DNA from: Macrostomum lignano
Taxonomy: Eukaryota
Assembly (NCBI GenBank): GCA_002269645.1
Contig: NIVC01001563.1
Coordinates: 124,001-188,000 of the forward strand
Direction: 5' to 3'
Length of the DNA stretch: 64,000 nucleotides
Shown piece after piece: positions 49,111-60,864 of this stretch. Made by a program: the position numbers and the translations under genes. Below the pieces are notes generated by a model. That model did no database searches. It was not told the origin of the DNA and saw nothing but the letters and a program-made list of their open reading frames with translations. Position 1 is the first letter of the stretch, and every line of letters begins with the position of its first letter.

Positions 49111-50094
49111 CTATCATCGGTCTCCTCGCGCAGGTGGCACCCCGGAGTTGTCGCGAAGCAAAACACCCTTGAATTATTTTTATCTTCCAAGATAAAAAAT
49201 AGCTTAGTTACGCTCGTACTGTTTCAACTACTGTCAGTAGCCAGTATGGTAGTTTCTAAGTTAATAATTGCGATTGCAATAAAGTGATGGTCAAAGCAGA
49301 GACAAATATCTGCACAAGAAAATTTTGCATAAATCAACAGTTAATCTACCCCAGCAATTGCTAGCCATCCTGCCAGATGTATTTGGACTTCCAAATCTGA
49401 GCAATTCACCAGCTATAAACACACAGTATTACCAAAACTAGAAAACAACAGCAATTCACGTCATGAAATTTAGGTAGTGCAAAAGCAAAACCGGAGTCTA
49501 GACTGCCCCAAGTTCGATTTGTTTGCGGATAATAAAAAATAAATAATTCAATGCAAAAATGGCGATTGTTCTACTTAATGTAGACAGATGAGGGCATCAG
49601 ATATAAGTGAATAGTATACTTAGGCGTGGAACGCAGAAAACACCTGTCCATAATCTACTAGAAGAGAACAGATAAGCAAGCAATGTGCCAGAGCCTAACA
49701 GTGTCATCAAGCAAAGATATAGAGCACCGTTGCTAACTGGGGAGCTCTATAAAGTTTGAGCACATGACAGCGCTGAGCAGCGAGGCAAAAAAACAAACTG
49801 ACGAAAACACATTTTTTATAATCAAATTTAAAATAAAATAGGTCATTTCTCTCTACTAAACTCCAGTCAGGTGACTGGACAGTTTTGCCAGCCTGAAAAA
49901 ACAGCTACTTTTATTGACTAAATGGAAACTAATTCAATATAATATGTTATTACTATCGAAATATACTACATTACTATAGTTGGATTAATTGATGGCAATA
50001 TTAGAATGGCATAATAAAATAATGGCCAAACACAGGAAATACTGATGACGCAGAACCTCTGCCGTCATAGGAAATGGTTTTATAAAAAAAGCTT

Positions 50095-53000
50095 TCAAGC
50101 CATCGCGGCCAGTGCCGAGCGACTGTTCCGCTCGCTGAACTCGTTTTTCAGCAGCTCAAAGGTGGCCACCATGATGGCCGAGGCTGGCACCACCTTCAGC
50201 AGGCGGGGCACCAGCCCGGCGTACAGGGCCCGATGACCGCCGCGGCTGTGGCCGCTGCTTCCAGTCATCAGCAGGCGCATAGAGTCCACGGTGCCCGGCG
50301 TTCTGCGGACTCCACCAAGGCTGCCGGCAAACTCAACCTGCCTGTGGGTTTTCAACACGTCGAACGGGTGCGTCGTCAGGCCGGCCACTGCGCCCGCGAC
50401 GCAGCCGAAGGCCGCCGCCTCTGGCCCGGTGAGGATCGGAGAGGCAGCGGCGGTGGACGAGGTGGAAGCAGTGCGGAGACGGCGGCTCAGCCCCGCTTGC
50501 TGCTGAGATTCACGGGCCTGAGGTATGGGAACAGTGAAAAACAGTTTGTGAGTTGTGCCAAATAATTCAGCGAGTCAACCAGACAGTGGTGAGTCAGCGT
50601 CATAAACTCAGTGAGTGAACTCAAGATGCCCCTAAGTGACTCAGTGAACTCAAGAAGTCATGGAGTGTTTGACATGGAATGAGTCAGAGTCAAAGTCAAC
50701 GAGTCAACACGCGAGTAAACAAGTCAGTCAATGAGTCAGAGAATGAGACGGCAAGTCAGTCAATGAGTCAGAGAATGAGACGGCAAGTCAGTCAATGAGT
50801 AAGAGAATGAGACGGCAAGTCAGTCAATGAGTAAGAGAATGAGACGGCAAGTCAGTCAATGAGTCAGAGAATGAGACGGCAAGTCAGTCAATGAGTCAGA
50901 GAATGAGACGGCAAGACAGTCAATGAGTCAGAGAATGAGACGGCAAGTCAGTCAATGAGTCAGAGAATGAGACGGCAAGTCAGTCAATAAGTCAGAGAAT
51001 GAGACGGCAAGTCAGTCAATGAGTCAGAGAATGAGACAGCAAGTCGGTCAATGAGTCAGAGAATGAGACAGCAAGTCAGTCAATGAGTCAGAGAATGAGA
51101 CAGCAAGTCGGTCAATGAGTCAGAGAATGAGACAGCAAGTCGGTCAATGAGTCAGAGAATGAGACGGCAAGTCAGTCAATGAGTCAGAGAATGAGACAGC
51201 AAGTCAGTCAATGAGTCAGAGAATGAGACAGCAAGTCGGTCAATGAGTCAGAGAATGAGACAGCAAGTCGGTCAATGAGTCAGAGAATGAGACAGCAAGT
51301 CGGTCAATGAGTCAGAGAATGAGACAGCAAGTCGGTCAATGAGTCAGAGAATGAGACAGCAAGTCGGTCAATGAGTCAGAGAATGAGACAGCAAGTCGGT
51401 CAATGAGTCAGAGAATGAGACAGCAAGTCGGTCAATGAGTCAGAGAATGAGACAGCAAGTCGGTCAATGAGTCAGAGAATGAGACAGCAAGTCGGTCAAT
51501 GAGTCAGAGAATGAGACAGCAAGTCGGTCAATGAGTCAGAGAATGAGACGGCAAGTCAGTCAATGAGTCAGAGAATGAGACAGCAAGTCAGTCAATGAGT
51601 CAGAGAATGAGACAGCAAGTCAGTCAATGAGTCAGAGAATGAGACAGCAAGTCGGTCAATGAGTCAGAGAATGAGACGGCAAGTCAATGAGTCAGAGAAT
51701 GAGACGGCAAGTCAGTCAATGAGTCAGAGAATGAGACGGCAAGTCAATGAGTCAGAGAATGAGACGGCAAGTCAGTCAATGAGTCAGAGAATGAGACAGC
51801 AAGTCGGTCAATGAGTCAGAGAATGAGACGGCAAGTCAATGAGTCAGAGAATGAGACGGCAAGTCAGTCAATGAGTCAGAGAATGAGACAGCAAGTCGGT
51901 CAATGAGTCAGAGAATGAGACAGCAAGTCGGTCAATGAGTCAGAGAATGAGACAGAAAGTCGGTCAATGAGTCAGAGAATGAGACGGCAAGTCAATGAGT
52001 CAGAGAATGAGACGGCAAGTCAGTCAATGAGTCAGAGAATGAGACGGCAAGTCAATGAGTCAGAGAATGAGACGGCAAGTCAGTCAATGAGTCAGAGAAT
52101 GAGACAGCAAGTCGGTCAATGAGTCAGAGAATGAGACGGCAAGTCAATGAGTCAGAGAATGAGACGGCAAGTCAGTCAATGAGTCAGAGAATGAGACGGC
52201 AAGTCAATGAGTCAGAGAATGAGACGGCAAGTCAGTCAATGAGTCAGAGAATGAGACGGCAAGTCGGTCAATGAGTCAGAGAATGAGACGGCAAGTCAAT
52301 GAGTCAGAGAATGAGACGGCAAGTCAGTCAATGAGTCAGAGAATGAGACGGCACGTCAATGAGTCAGAGAATGAGACGGCAAGTCAGTCAATGAGTCAGA
52401 GAATGAGACAGCAAGTCGGTCAATGAGTCAGAGAATGAGACAGCAAGTCGGTCAATGAGTCAGAGAATGAGACAGCAAGTCGGTCAATGAGTCAGAGAAT
52501 GAGACGGCAAGTCAATGAGTCAGAGAATGAGACGGCAAGTCAGTCAATGAGTCAGAGAATGAGACGGCAAGTCAATGAGTCAGAGAATGAGACGGCAAGT
52601 CAGTCAATGAGTCAGAGAATGAGACGGCAAGTCGGTCAATGAGTCAGAGAATGAGACGGCAAGTCAATGAGTCAGAGAATGAGACGGCAAGTCAGTCAAT
52701 GAGTCAGAGAATGAGACGGCAAGTCGGTCAATGAGTCAGAGAATGAGACGGCAAGTCAATGAGTCAGAGAATGAGACGGCAAGTCAGTCAATGAGTCAGA
52801 GAATGAGACGGCAAGTCAATGAGTCAGAGAATGAGACGGCAAGTCAGTCAATGAGTCAGAGAATGAGACGGCAAGTCGGTCAATGAGTCAGAGAATGAGA
52901 CGGCAAGTCAATGAGTCAGAGAATGAGACGGCAAGTCAGTCAATGAGTCAGAGAATGAGACGGCACGTCAATGAGTCAGAGAATGAGACAGCAAGTCGGT

Positions 53001-55050
53001 CAATGAGTCAGAGAATGAGACAGCAAGTCGGTCAATGAGTCAGAGAATGAGACAGCAAGTCGGTCAATGAGTCAGAGAATGAGACAGCAAGTCGGTCAAT
53101 GAGTCAGAGAATGAGACAGCAAGTCGGTCAATGAGTCAGAGAATGAGACAGCAAGTCGGTCAATGAGTCAGAGAATGAGACAGCAAGTCGGTCAATGAGT
53201 CAGAGAATGAGACAGCAAGTCGGTCAATGAGTCAGAGAATGAGACAGCAAGTCGGTCAATGAGTCAGAGAATGAGACGGCAAGTCAGTCAATGAGTCAGA
53301 GAATGAGACAGCAAGTCGGTCAATGAGTCAGAGAATGAGACGGCAAGTCAGTCAATGAGTCAGAGAATGAGACAGCAAGTCGGTCAATGAGTCAGAGAAT
53401 GAGACAGCAAGTCGGTCAATGAGTCAGAGAATGAGACAGCAAGTCGGTCAATGAGTCAGAGAATGAGACGGCAAGTCAGTCAATGAGTCAGAGAATGAGA
53501 CAGCAAGTCAGTCAATGAGTCAGACAATGAGACGGCAAGTCAGTCAATGAGTCAGAGAATGAGACGGCAAGTCAATGAGTCAGAGAATGAGACGGCAAGT
53601 CAGTCAATGAGTCAGGCTTACCTGAGCCTTGGCAGCCAGCAGCCGGGCCCGCAGGCCGTCATAGGTGAACCAGTAGATGGCAGAGAAGGGCACGTCTCGC
53701 ATAAGAGTTGGCGGCAGTCCTCGCCACAGACTGAGCAGGCCAGACCGGCCAACCTCAAGGGAGGCGGCCCGGCCAATAGCGGTCCAGCCGAGGCCTTCGG
53801 CCTGCATCTTGGTGCGGGCCAGCTCCAGCGGGGACAGGCACAGCACGGCCGTAACTCGGGCGGCGCCGGCGGCAAGCGGCGGTACCCAGTCTTTGTTCTT
53901 AGAAATTTCGCCAGATTTGCATAGCAACGACCGATAGTCCATATGCCATTTGAGTAGGTCAAGCGTAGTGAAGTAGATAACAGTGCCGGGCACGGTCAGA
54001 GCCAAGCTGGCTGACAGGCCACGCCACAGGGCTAGCGGGCCCTCCGACCTGGCTATCCTCAGCGCGGCATCCTTGAAATTGGAGTTGAGAGTTAAATAGC
54101 TGGTAAGGAATTATTGCGGGTAGTATGGGGAATGCGGGAGCTAGGAACCAGAGGACGAATTGCAAACAGGAGAATCCAGGACACGAACTGCAGACAAGAT
54201 AATGGGGCACAGGAGGAACCAGAAGACGAACTGCAAACAGGAGAATCCAGGACACGAACTGCAGACAAGATAATGGGTCACAGGAGGAACCAGAGGACGA
54301 ACTGCAAACAGGAGAATCCAGGACACGAACTGCAGACAAGATAATGGGTCACAGGAGGAACCAGAGGACGAACTGCAAACAGGAGAATCCAGGACACGAA
54401 CTGCAGACAAGATAATGGGTCACAGGAGGAACCAGAGGACGAACTGCAAACAGGAGAATCCAGGACACGAACTGCAGACAAGATATTGGGGCACAGGAGG
54501 AACCAGAGGACGAATTGCAAACAGGAGAATCCAGGAAACGAACTGCAGACAAGATAATGGGGCACAGAACCAAGAAGACGACCGTTTTCTTCTGCTACAG
54601 AAATCAGAATACGAGTAACCAAATCAGCAGAGAGCCGCTCACCCAGCTGCCCTGATAAGCGGAGCTAGTGTTGTATTGATGCCGACAAAAATTAGGCACC
54701 ATCCGAGTCTCCCTGGTTGCGCAGGCCGAGGACCGGGCACTGTGGTAGGCATTGACTGCGCACAGCTGCAAATCCATAAGGCCATTGCAGTATAGAAAGC
54801 AGCGACTAGCGGCGGAGCCGGTCACAGCGCCCGGTCTGGTCTGAGCCTGCAGTCGAGTTTTAACAACATCAAATGGCGTCATGGTAACTGCAGTTAGCAG
54901 CCCGCCTAGAGACGAAGCGGCGATGCGCTGCGGCACCGTCAGGTTGCTGTGCGAGTCGCCCGGCTCTATGAGGGCGTCTGCTTCATGAACAGAGTGGGAC
55001 AGGTCTGGCGGCATTCTAGATGTACTTTTATGCAGATCTGTAGGGTGCAT
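50095..55050 (-). CDS. SLC25A40: Mitochondrial carrier SLC25A39/40 (glutathione transporter family), ~426 aa
   Basis: Exons 55050-54643, 54071-53622, 50517-50095; phase-0 GT-AG introns. Carrier motifs TPFDVVKTRLQ, SPLELARTKMQ, HPFDVLKTHRQ and the family-specific CFLYCNGLMD loop. 39 versus 40 cannot be resolved. Confidence 0.92.
50725..53615. repeat. Intronic minisatellite, 32/28-bp units (GAGTCAGAGAATGAGACGGCAAGTCAGTCAAT), ~93 copies, SLC25A40 intron 2
   Basis: Read directly; starts at intron position +7. Confidence 0.98.
54145..54575. repeat. Intronic minisatellite, 71-bp unit, ~6 copies, SLC25A40 intron 1
   Basis: GAACC anchors at 54145, 54216, 54287; each unit holds two related sub-repeats. 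Confidence 0.95.
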
Positions 55051-58000
55051 TTTCTAAGAGTACTTATTGCCAGCAGTAACTGGCAATCTGCACCTGACTA
55101 GACACTGGAAGTAGAAAAACAAGGCGAAAGAAAGTATATGAATGTTGCAAGCTATATCTAGACTTACATGTATAAAGGTGTAATTTTTTTTAAGTCTACA
55201 AAGACATGATCTTGACTAGAATCTCCACAAGATCATTCATACACTAAACTGACTTAGTTTTAGAGATTTCTAATTTCTCAATATTGAAGATTCAAAACTT
55301 TGATCATGAAATTGGCTTTGCTTAAAACTATTTTTTTTACTTTTGATTGCTAGGAAATCATCAACTTCTATAGAATAAAATTATCCTTTAATTTGCTTCA
55401 GAGTTATAGATAAAAAAGCAATAATAAACAATGGTTATATGTGTATGTGCAGGTAGATGGCCAGCCATGGTTTTGGTAGCGCATTGTGATAATTGAGTTG
55501 CATGACTACTTGTTTTGAGTCTATTGCATCTACCTATATGAACTAACTGACCATTAAGTCTACCTATCTGACTGATAGTCAGACTTTGTGCCAGAGACAA
55601 ATATTTCAAGCCATGTCATTCTATGCCCATTTGCATTGCAATTTTCAAAGATTGCATTCTACCTTTGGCAAAATTACATTCTGCCTTTGGCAAAATATGA
55701 TTTTTATTAAGGGAAAATTATATCTTGAAACTAGAACCCAACCTAGATACAATTTAAGGCCTAGTTTTAGAAGATTCAGAAAAAAGATTATTTCATTTTC
55801 TTAGCCATGCAAATAGAAGTGAGGTTCAATAAAACATGTGAAAATGTATATTTAAATAGCATTGGTTTTTTAGAAAATATTAATTAAACAAAATTTCATA
55901 GCAAAATTGAATTCCGAGGATTAACTTGGCTGCCTTTGCCATATAAATTTTTTTTTTGCTTGCCACTACTTATTTGCAAAATTTCTTTTTAAAAGTCAAT
56001 AATGAATTAGGCCTAATAATGAAACTAATTAGCATATATTAGTATTAAATGAAAGGTAACTTTTTATCTTTAAAGATTTATTAAGGTAAATATTAATAAA
56101 ATATTTAAGAAACCCTAAATGGTAGTTTTTTATTCTTTAAAATATAACAAATTGTAAGGTACAACTAATTAGCAATTGTTTTGATTTGCTAGATATTTAG
56201 TTTTAAAGCAATTATTTGTTCAAGTTTAAGAGATTTTATTCTATTTGGCAATATATTTACCATTGCTAGTTTTTTATACTGAAGCCAAAGGTCCAATTTC
56301 AGAATGCAATTTGTAAATTCAGGATATTATTTACTAATAGGTAATAATATGGCATCCTTATTGCATTAAAAACCTAAAAATCCTAGTATAAGCTATAGTG
56401 TTCTGCCATCATAATGTTTATGATTATGGTATATAATGGGAGTGGCACTTTTATAGCTATATTTTCATTATGGATTATAGCTATGGCAATTTTTTTAGCT
56501 TACAATTACAGTTAGGCCTACAAATTGTGGCAAATTTCCAGACTTTGTCAATGGTTATCTATAATGAAAATTGTTAGTGTTGAGTATAAAATAAAATAAC
56601 CCTTTAGCCTATATATTATAATTTTCTATATAAAATAGCTTTTTTGTTAGGCCTATATTATGCTATGGCAAGTTATGGTTATAGACATTTTTAGCCCCAT
56701 AATGATGGGAAAATTTGGCTATGAAAGTTGCCTATTTCTTATGGCTATGGTTATGGTAATTAAAACTTGCAGTGGCGGAACATTAGTAGGGCAGTAGGCT
56801 GGGTTTTTATTGTTGGTACTTAAGTCTAGGATACAAAATCATATCTAAGGTCTAATTTGATACTATTTTGAAAGTCAAGATGCTATAGCCTATAGTATCC
56901 CTATCATACAAAAAATAAATCTAAATAGCTACACTCACACTCACTGTAAAAAAGAAGACTTGGTCTTTTCAAAGAATATTAGGTCTATTTATTAAAAATT
57001 TAATATTAACAAAAACTTTTAAAATTGCAATATATTGCTAGGGCAGGGCCTACAATTAGACCTAGGCTTAGGCTAGGCCTACTAATATGTGTAAGATTCT
57101 ATTGCACATAAATATGAAGAAGATAGAAGATGCTATGCTAATACTAGAATTACGGACGGTTTACCCACTAATTGTTAAGCCAAGGATAAAATGCTTCTAG
57201 CCTACCTAAGCCTACTTGTATATTAAAAATCTATTTAAATGAGTGAATAAAGTAGCAGACAATACAAAAAGTAAAAAGCATAGGCCCCTGCAGCCTCTAT
57301 AAAAACGAATTCACTCACTTATATGGCTGTTATCTGTAAGACAGGTAGACAGGAAGTGGAAGACAGAAGACTGGAAGAACGAGAAACTGGAAGACCAGAA
57401 GACTGGATAAGTCACAAGTGGAGGAACATATTAATTATAAATAAGACATTATCTAAATCTAATTAAGTTTTTATTTAATAGGCCTAGTCTAAAATATAAT
57501 TTGAAACATAATTGAAATATCTAACTATGACGGACGGACAATATTAATGAGCATTGCGATACGGCCCATCCCATCCCAGCATTGCGACAATGAAAAAAAA
57601 AAAACTATCGATTTTTATTATCTTTATATCTATTTTAAAATTTTAGAAAAATTTTACAAATTAATCAAACCAAAAGAGTAACTTATAACTCCTCCATTTG
57701 CTTTATCAAAGTTTACCTCCTGTCATAAAAACCGTGGAAAACATGGCGCGCAAAAAATCTTGTTTTAAAAGCTAAAAATCCGAAAATTAATCGTTTTGAT
57801 AGATTCGGCCTTCTAAAGCCTTTGCTCGAAAGCTTCTCTTCAGGTCTCAAAGTGCAGACACTAATCATTTAGCGCTGTGGCCTCCCACACGTCACTCCTT
57901 TTAGATGGTTTACATTTTAAGATCTCTATATCGCATAACGCTGAATGGGGTTTTGTTTTGAACAGACAGCTTCGGTCGAATGAAATCCGCGCTAGAAAAG

Positions 58001-58449
58001 TTTGATTTACTTATTTCCTTAGAGCGTACTTAGTACACTGTACAGTCACATACGACAAATATACCGTAGTACATGTATAACGTTCCTTACCCGTGCGGGC
58101 CTCCACCAGCTCGTTCTAAGTAAAACCAAGAGCTGCGTCTTTAAATACTCTAATTCTACTGAAATCTGTCAACTTCAGCAGTTGTACTATATACATTTCA
58201 AACTCCCAGAAAATGCATGTACTTGCTCGCTTTGGCCTGAAATCTGTCAACTCATTGGATCGCGGAAGATAGCTGCTGATACTACGATATAAGCTATAAT
58301 ATCATGGTCGAGACTTCAAGATCTGACTGACGGATATATTTATAAGTTCTCAACGATTGATTTCAACTTCTGCCTCAAAATCCAGCACATGAAAGCTTGC
58401 ATGTGATTAAAACTATAATACTACCACTTACTACTATACAACAACAACA

Positions 58450-58685
<236 letters not shown>

Positions 58686-58763
58686 TAGTACTACTCTACT
58701 AAATAGGCAACAAGCTGCTAGCTCGTACCAGCTAGGACTACCACCCTATACGCTTTGCTTTTT

Positions 58764-59723
58764 TCAGCTGCTTATTTCCTGCTTAAAACGGCTACTAAAA
58801 AGCAAGGAGCGACGAAAATTCGGCAAAAAGATAAGAAAAACGACTGGATTTACTGCCAAGTTCATGCTGCTCGAAAAAGGAAACAGCGTCATTGCCGTGA
58901 AGTTAGGCTCCATTACTACGTAGCCAGTGATGTACAGGACTCCGAGAAGGGTCTTTGGAGCGAGCAGAATCACAAACAGACCGGATGTGACTCCTATGAT
59001 GATGGTGAGTCGCTTGGCAGCCGCACTGGCAGCCTTGTTCGCCTCCTGCTGTCCGCTCTGAGCAGACGAGCGCCGCATTGAAACCAGAATGACAGAGTAG
59101 AGCGACAGCATTGCGACAAACGGCAGAGCCCACACCAGCAGAGCGTACAGCAGCTCGAGCAGCAGATCAGCCAGTCGGGGAAGGCCGAACGGAGTGCACA
59201 TGGAGACCAGCAGCCGAGTCCCGTTGACGCCCGGCACTTCCAGCTTTGCAGGCCGATGCTTCAGAGCAGTGTGCGGCAACTTGGCCAGGAACGGCGCTAT
59301 CGTCACTGCGGTGAAGCTCGCGGCCAAAATGCGCTTTCCGTTGCGCTTGTACCAGAACGGCAGCGTCAGGCACAAGCAGCGCTCCACCGACAGCGCCACC
59401 AGGTTGTACACGCTCATCACCAGCACAGTGTAGTAGGCGAGGTGGCCGAACACCACAGAGCAGTACAGGTCCCACTCGATTGAGCTGGCCGATGCGGAGG
59501 GGAAATCGAACAGCACGTACTGGTGACTCAGCACGTCCACAATGAGCACGAGAGTGTCGAGCACGCACTGAACTCTGAGCATGACGGTGCTGAGCCGAGT
59601 GCCGACCTTGAATCTGATGGTGAAGGCCAGCAGCAGGAGGTTCAGGGCCGCGCCGACCGCCTCGCAGACCGTCTGCACCGTCTTGAACAGGCCAATATCC
59701 GGAACTACAGCCCCTGTGTTCAT
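58764..59723 (-). CDS. Single-exon rhodopsin-class (class A) orphan GPCR, peptide-receptor-like
   Basis: Seven hydrophobic segments, TM3 SVERCL, TM5 ALPFVAMLSLY, TM6 LLAP, TM7 NLAVNPVVF. Start taken at MNTGAV (59723); the ORF is open to 59816. Confidence 0.85.
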   Translation of the reverse strand: MNTGAVVPDIGLFKTVQTVCEAVGAALNLLLLAFTIRFKVGTRLSTVMLRVQCVLDTLVLIVDVLSHQYVLFDFPSASASSIEWDLYCSVVFGHLAYYTVLVMSVYNLVALSVERCLCLTLPFWYKRNGKRILAASFTAVTIAPFLAKLPHTALKHRPAKLEVPGVNGTRLLVSMCTPFGLPRLADLLLELLYALLVWALPFVAMLSLYSVILVSMRRSSAQSGQQEANKAASAAAKRLTIIIGVTSGLFVILLAPKTLLGVLYITGYVVMEPNFTAMTLFPFSSSMNLAVNPVVFLIFLPNFRRSLLFSSRFKQEISS

Positions 59724-60864
59724 TTCTCTGACTTCAGACTTACAACTTCGTAAACTTCTGTCCGTGACTTCATGACAGCCGTTTGCGCGGCGGCATGTGT
59801 TGCCTATTATATACAAAATGACGAGAGCTCATCAGCAAGGCGTACAATGCTTTGTTAGAACAGAACGGAGTCAGAGAGATGAAAAGCTAATATGAGTTTT
59901 CCCCAAGTTTATGGAGCTTATCCCATCAGTTACGGATTATAGATAGATAAAGTTCACATTGTCAGGTGGTTTAACAGATATTTGTTAAGCCCTAGTTAGC
60001 TTCCAGTCACTCTGTTGGAACAATCAGTCAGTCACGTGTGTTGAGTTGTCTAACTGCCCTTGAATATATTTGAAATTGTCTTCGTTTATTGCTTCAGTTA
60101 AGTTAATTAGATCTTACGAGCGTACTGTAGAGTATAAAAGTGTAATGGCCTTTAAACTACGAGTATTATGGTCGTCTGAAGATTAACAGTATTCGAATAT
60201 TTTATTCATTAGCCAAAATCTTCCATCTTTCCCGGCATCTTTCACTGGGTCCTTCGAGGTGTATACAGTTGTCAAGTTTAACAAATTGGTATTGCCAATG
60301 AGCGTACCCACAGCAGACTGAATGTATAACAGCTGGTGCCACAACGGCGCTTTTTGCAGAGGTCAAGCCCGAGTATGCTCTCCAGGCGCAACCCCACTAT
60401 CATAGGGTCTCAAATTTGCCTTCTTACAATGTTCCATATTTCATATGGCAGACGGGTTCAGCGTCAATGATAATTTTAATTCTTTGAAAACAACGGGAAT
60501 TGTATTTTCGTATAAACAAGCGTACGCAGGAGTCATAATTTCCAAGAAATAAACGCCAAGTGCATTGTTCATTTCATCAGAGTGTTGGTAAAAAGTTTTC
60601 GGGTAAACTGAATTTCAGTGGTACAGAGAAAAAGTGTACACAAACTATTTTTAGAATTGGTATTACATATTAGTGTACAGAAGTGTACATATACGAAAAG
60701 TGACGTTTTAAAGCTATATACGAGCGTACAGAGTTAATAGAAATCTATTCACGTTTAACTTGTCCGAGGAAAAGCTGCGGTGTTTCTGCTGTGTCTGTTA
60801 AAAAATCTGCTCAGAGAAACTATGAGCGAGTGCTGAGTTTCTCAAAGCAATTTAACACTTTCGA

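Noticed and set aside
50045-50068. Hairpin beginning ATGA in the SLC25A40 3' region as a possible SECIS
   Set aside because: It closes with Watson-Crick TCAT rather than the GA quartet, the gene has no in-frame TGA, and the MBTPS2 stop is TAG.
57525-57600. Helentron/HINE-like end (GACGGACGGAC...AGCATTGCGA x2, A-run)
   Set aside because: Only a superficial resemblance; no subterminal inverted repeat or other end could be defined.
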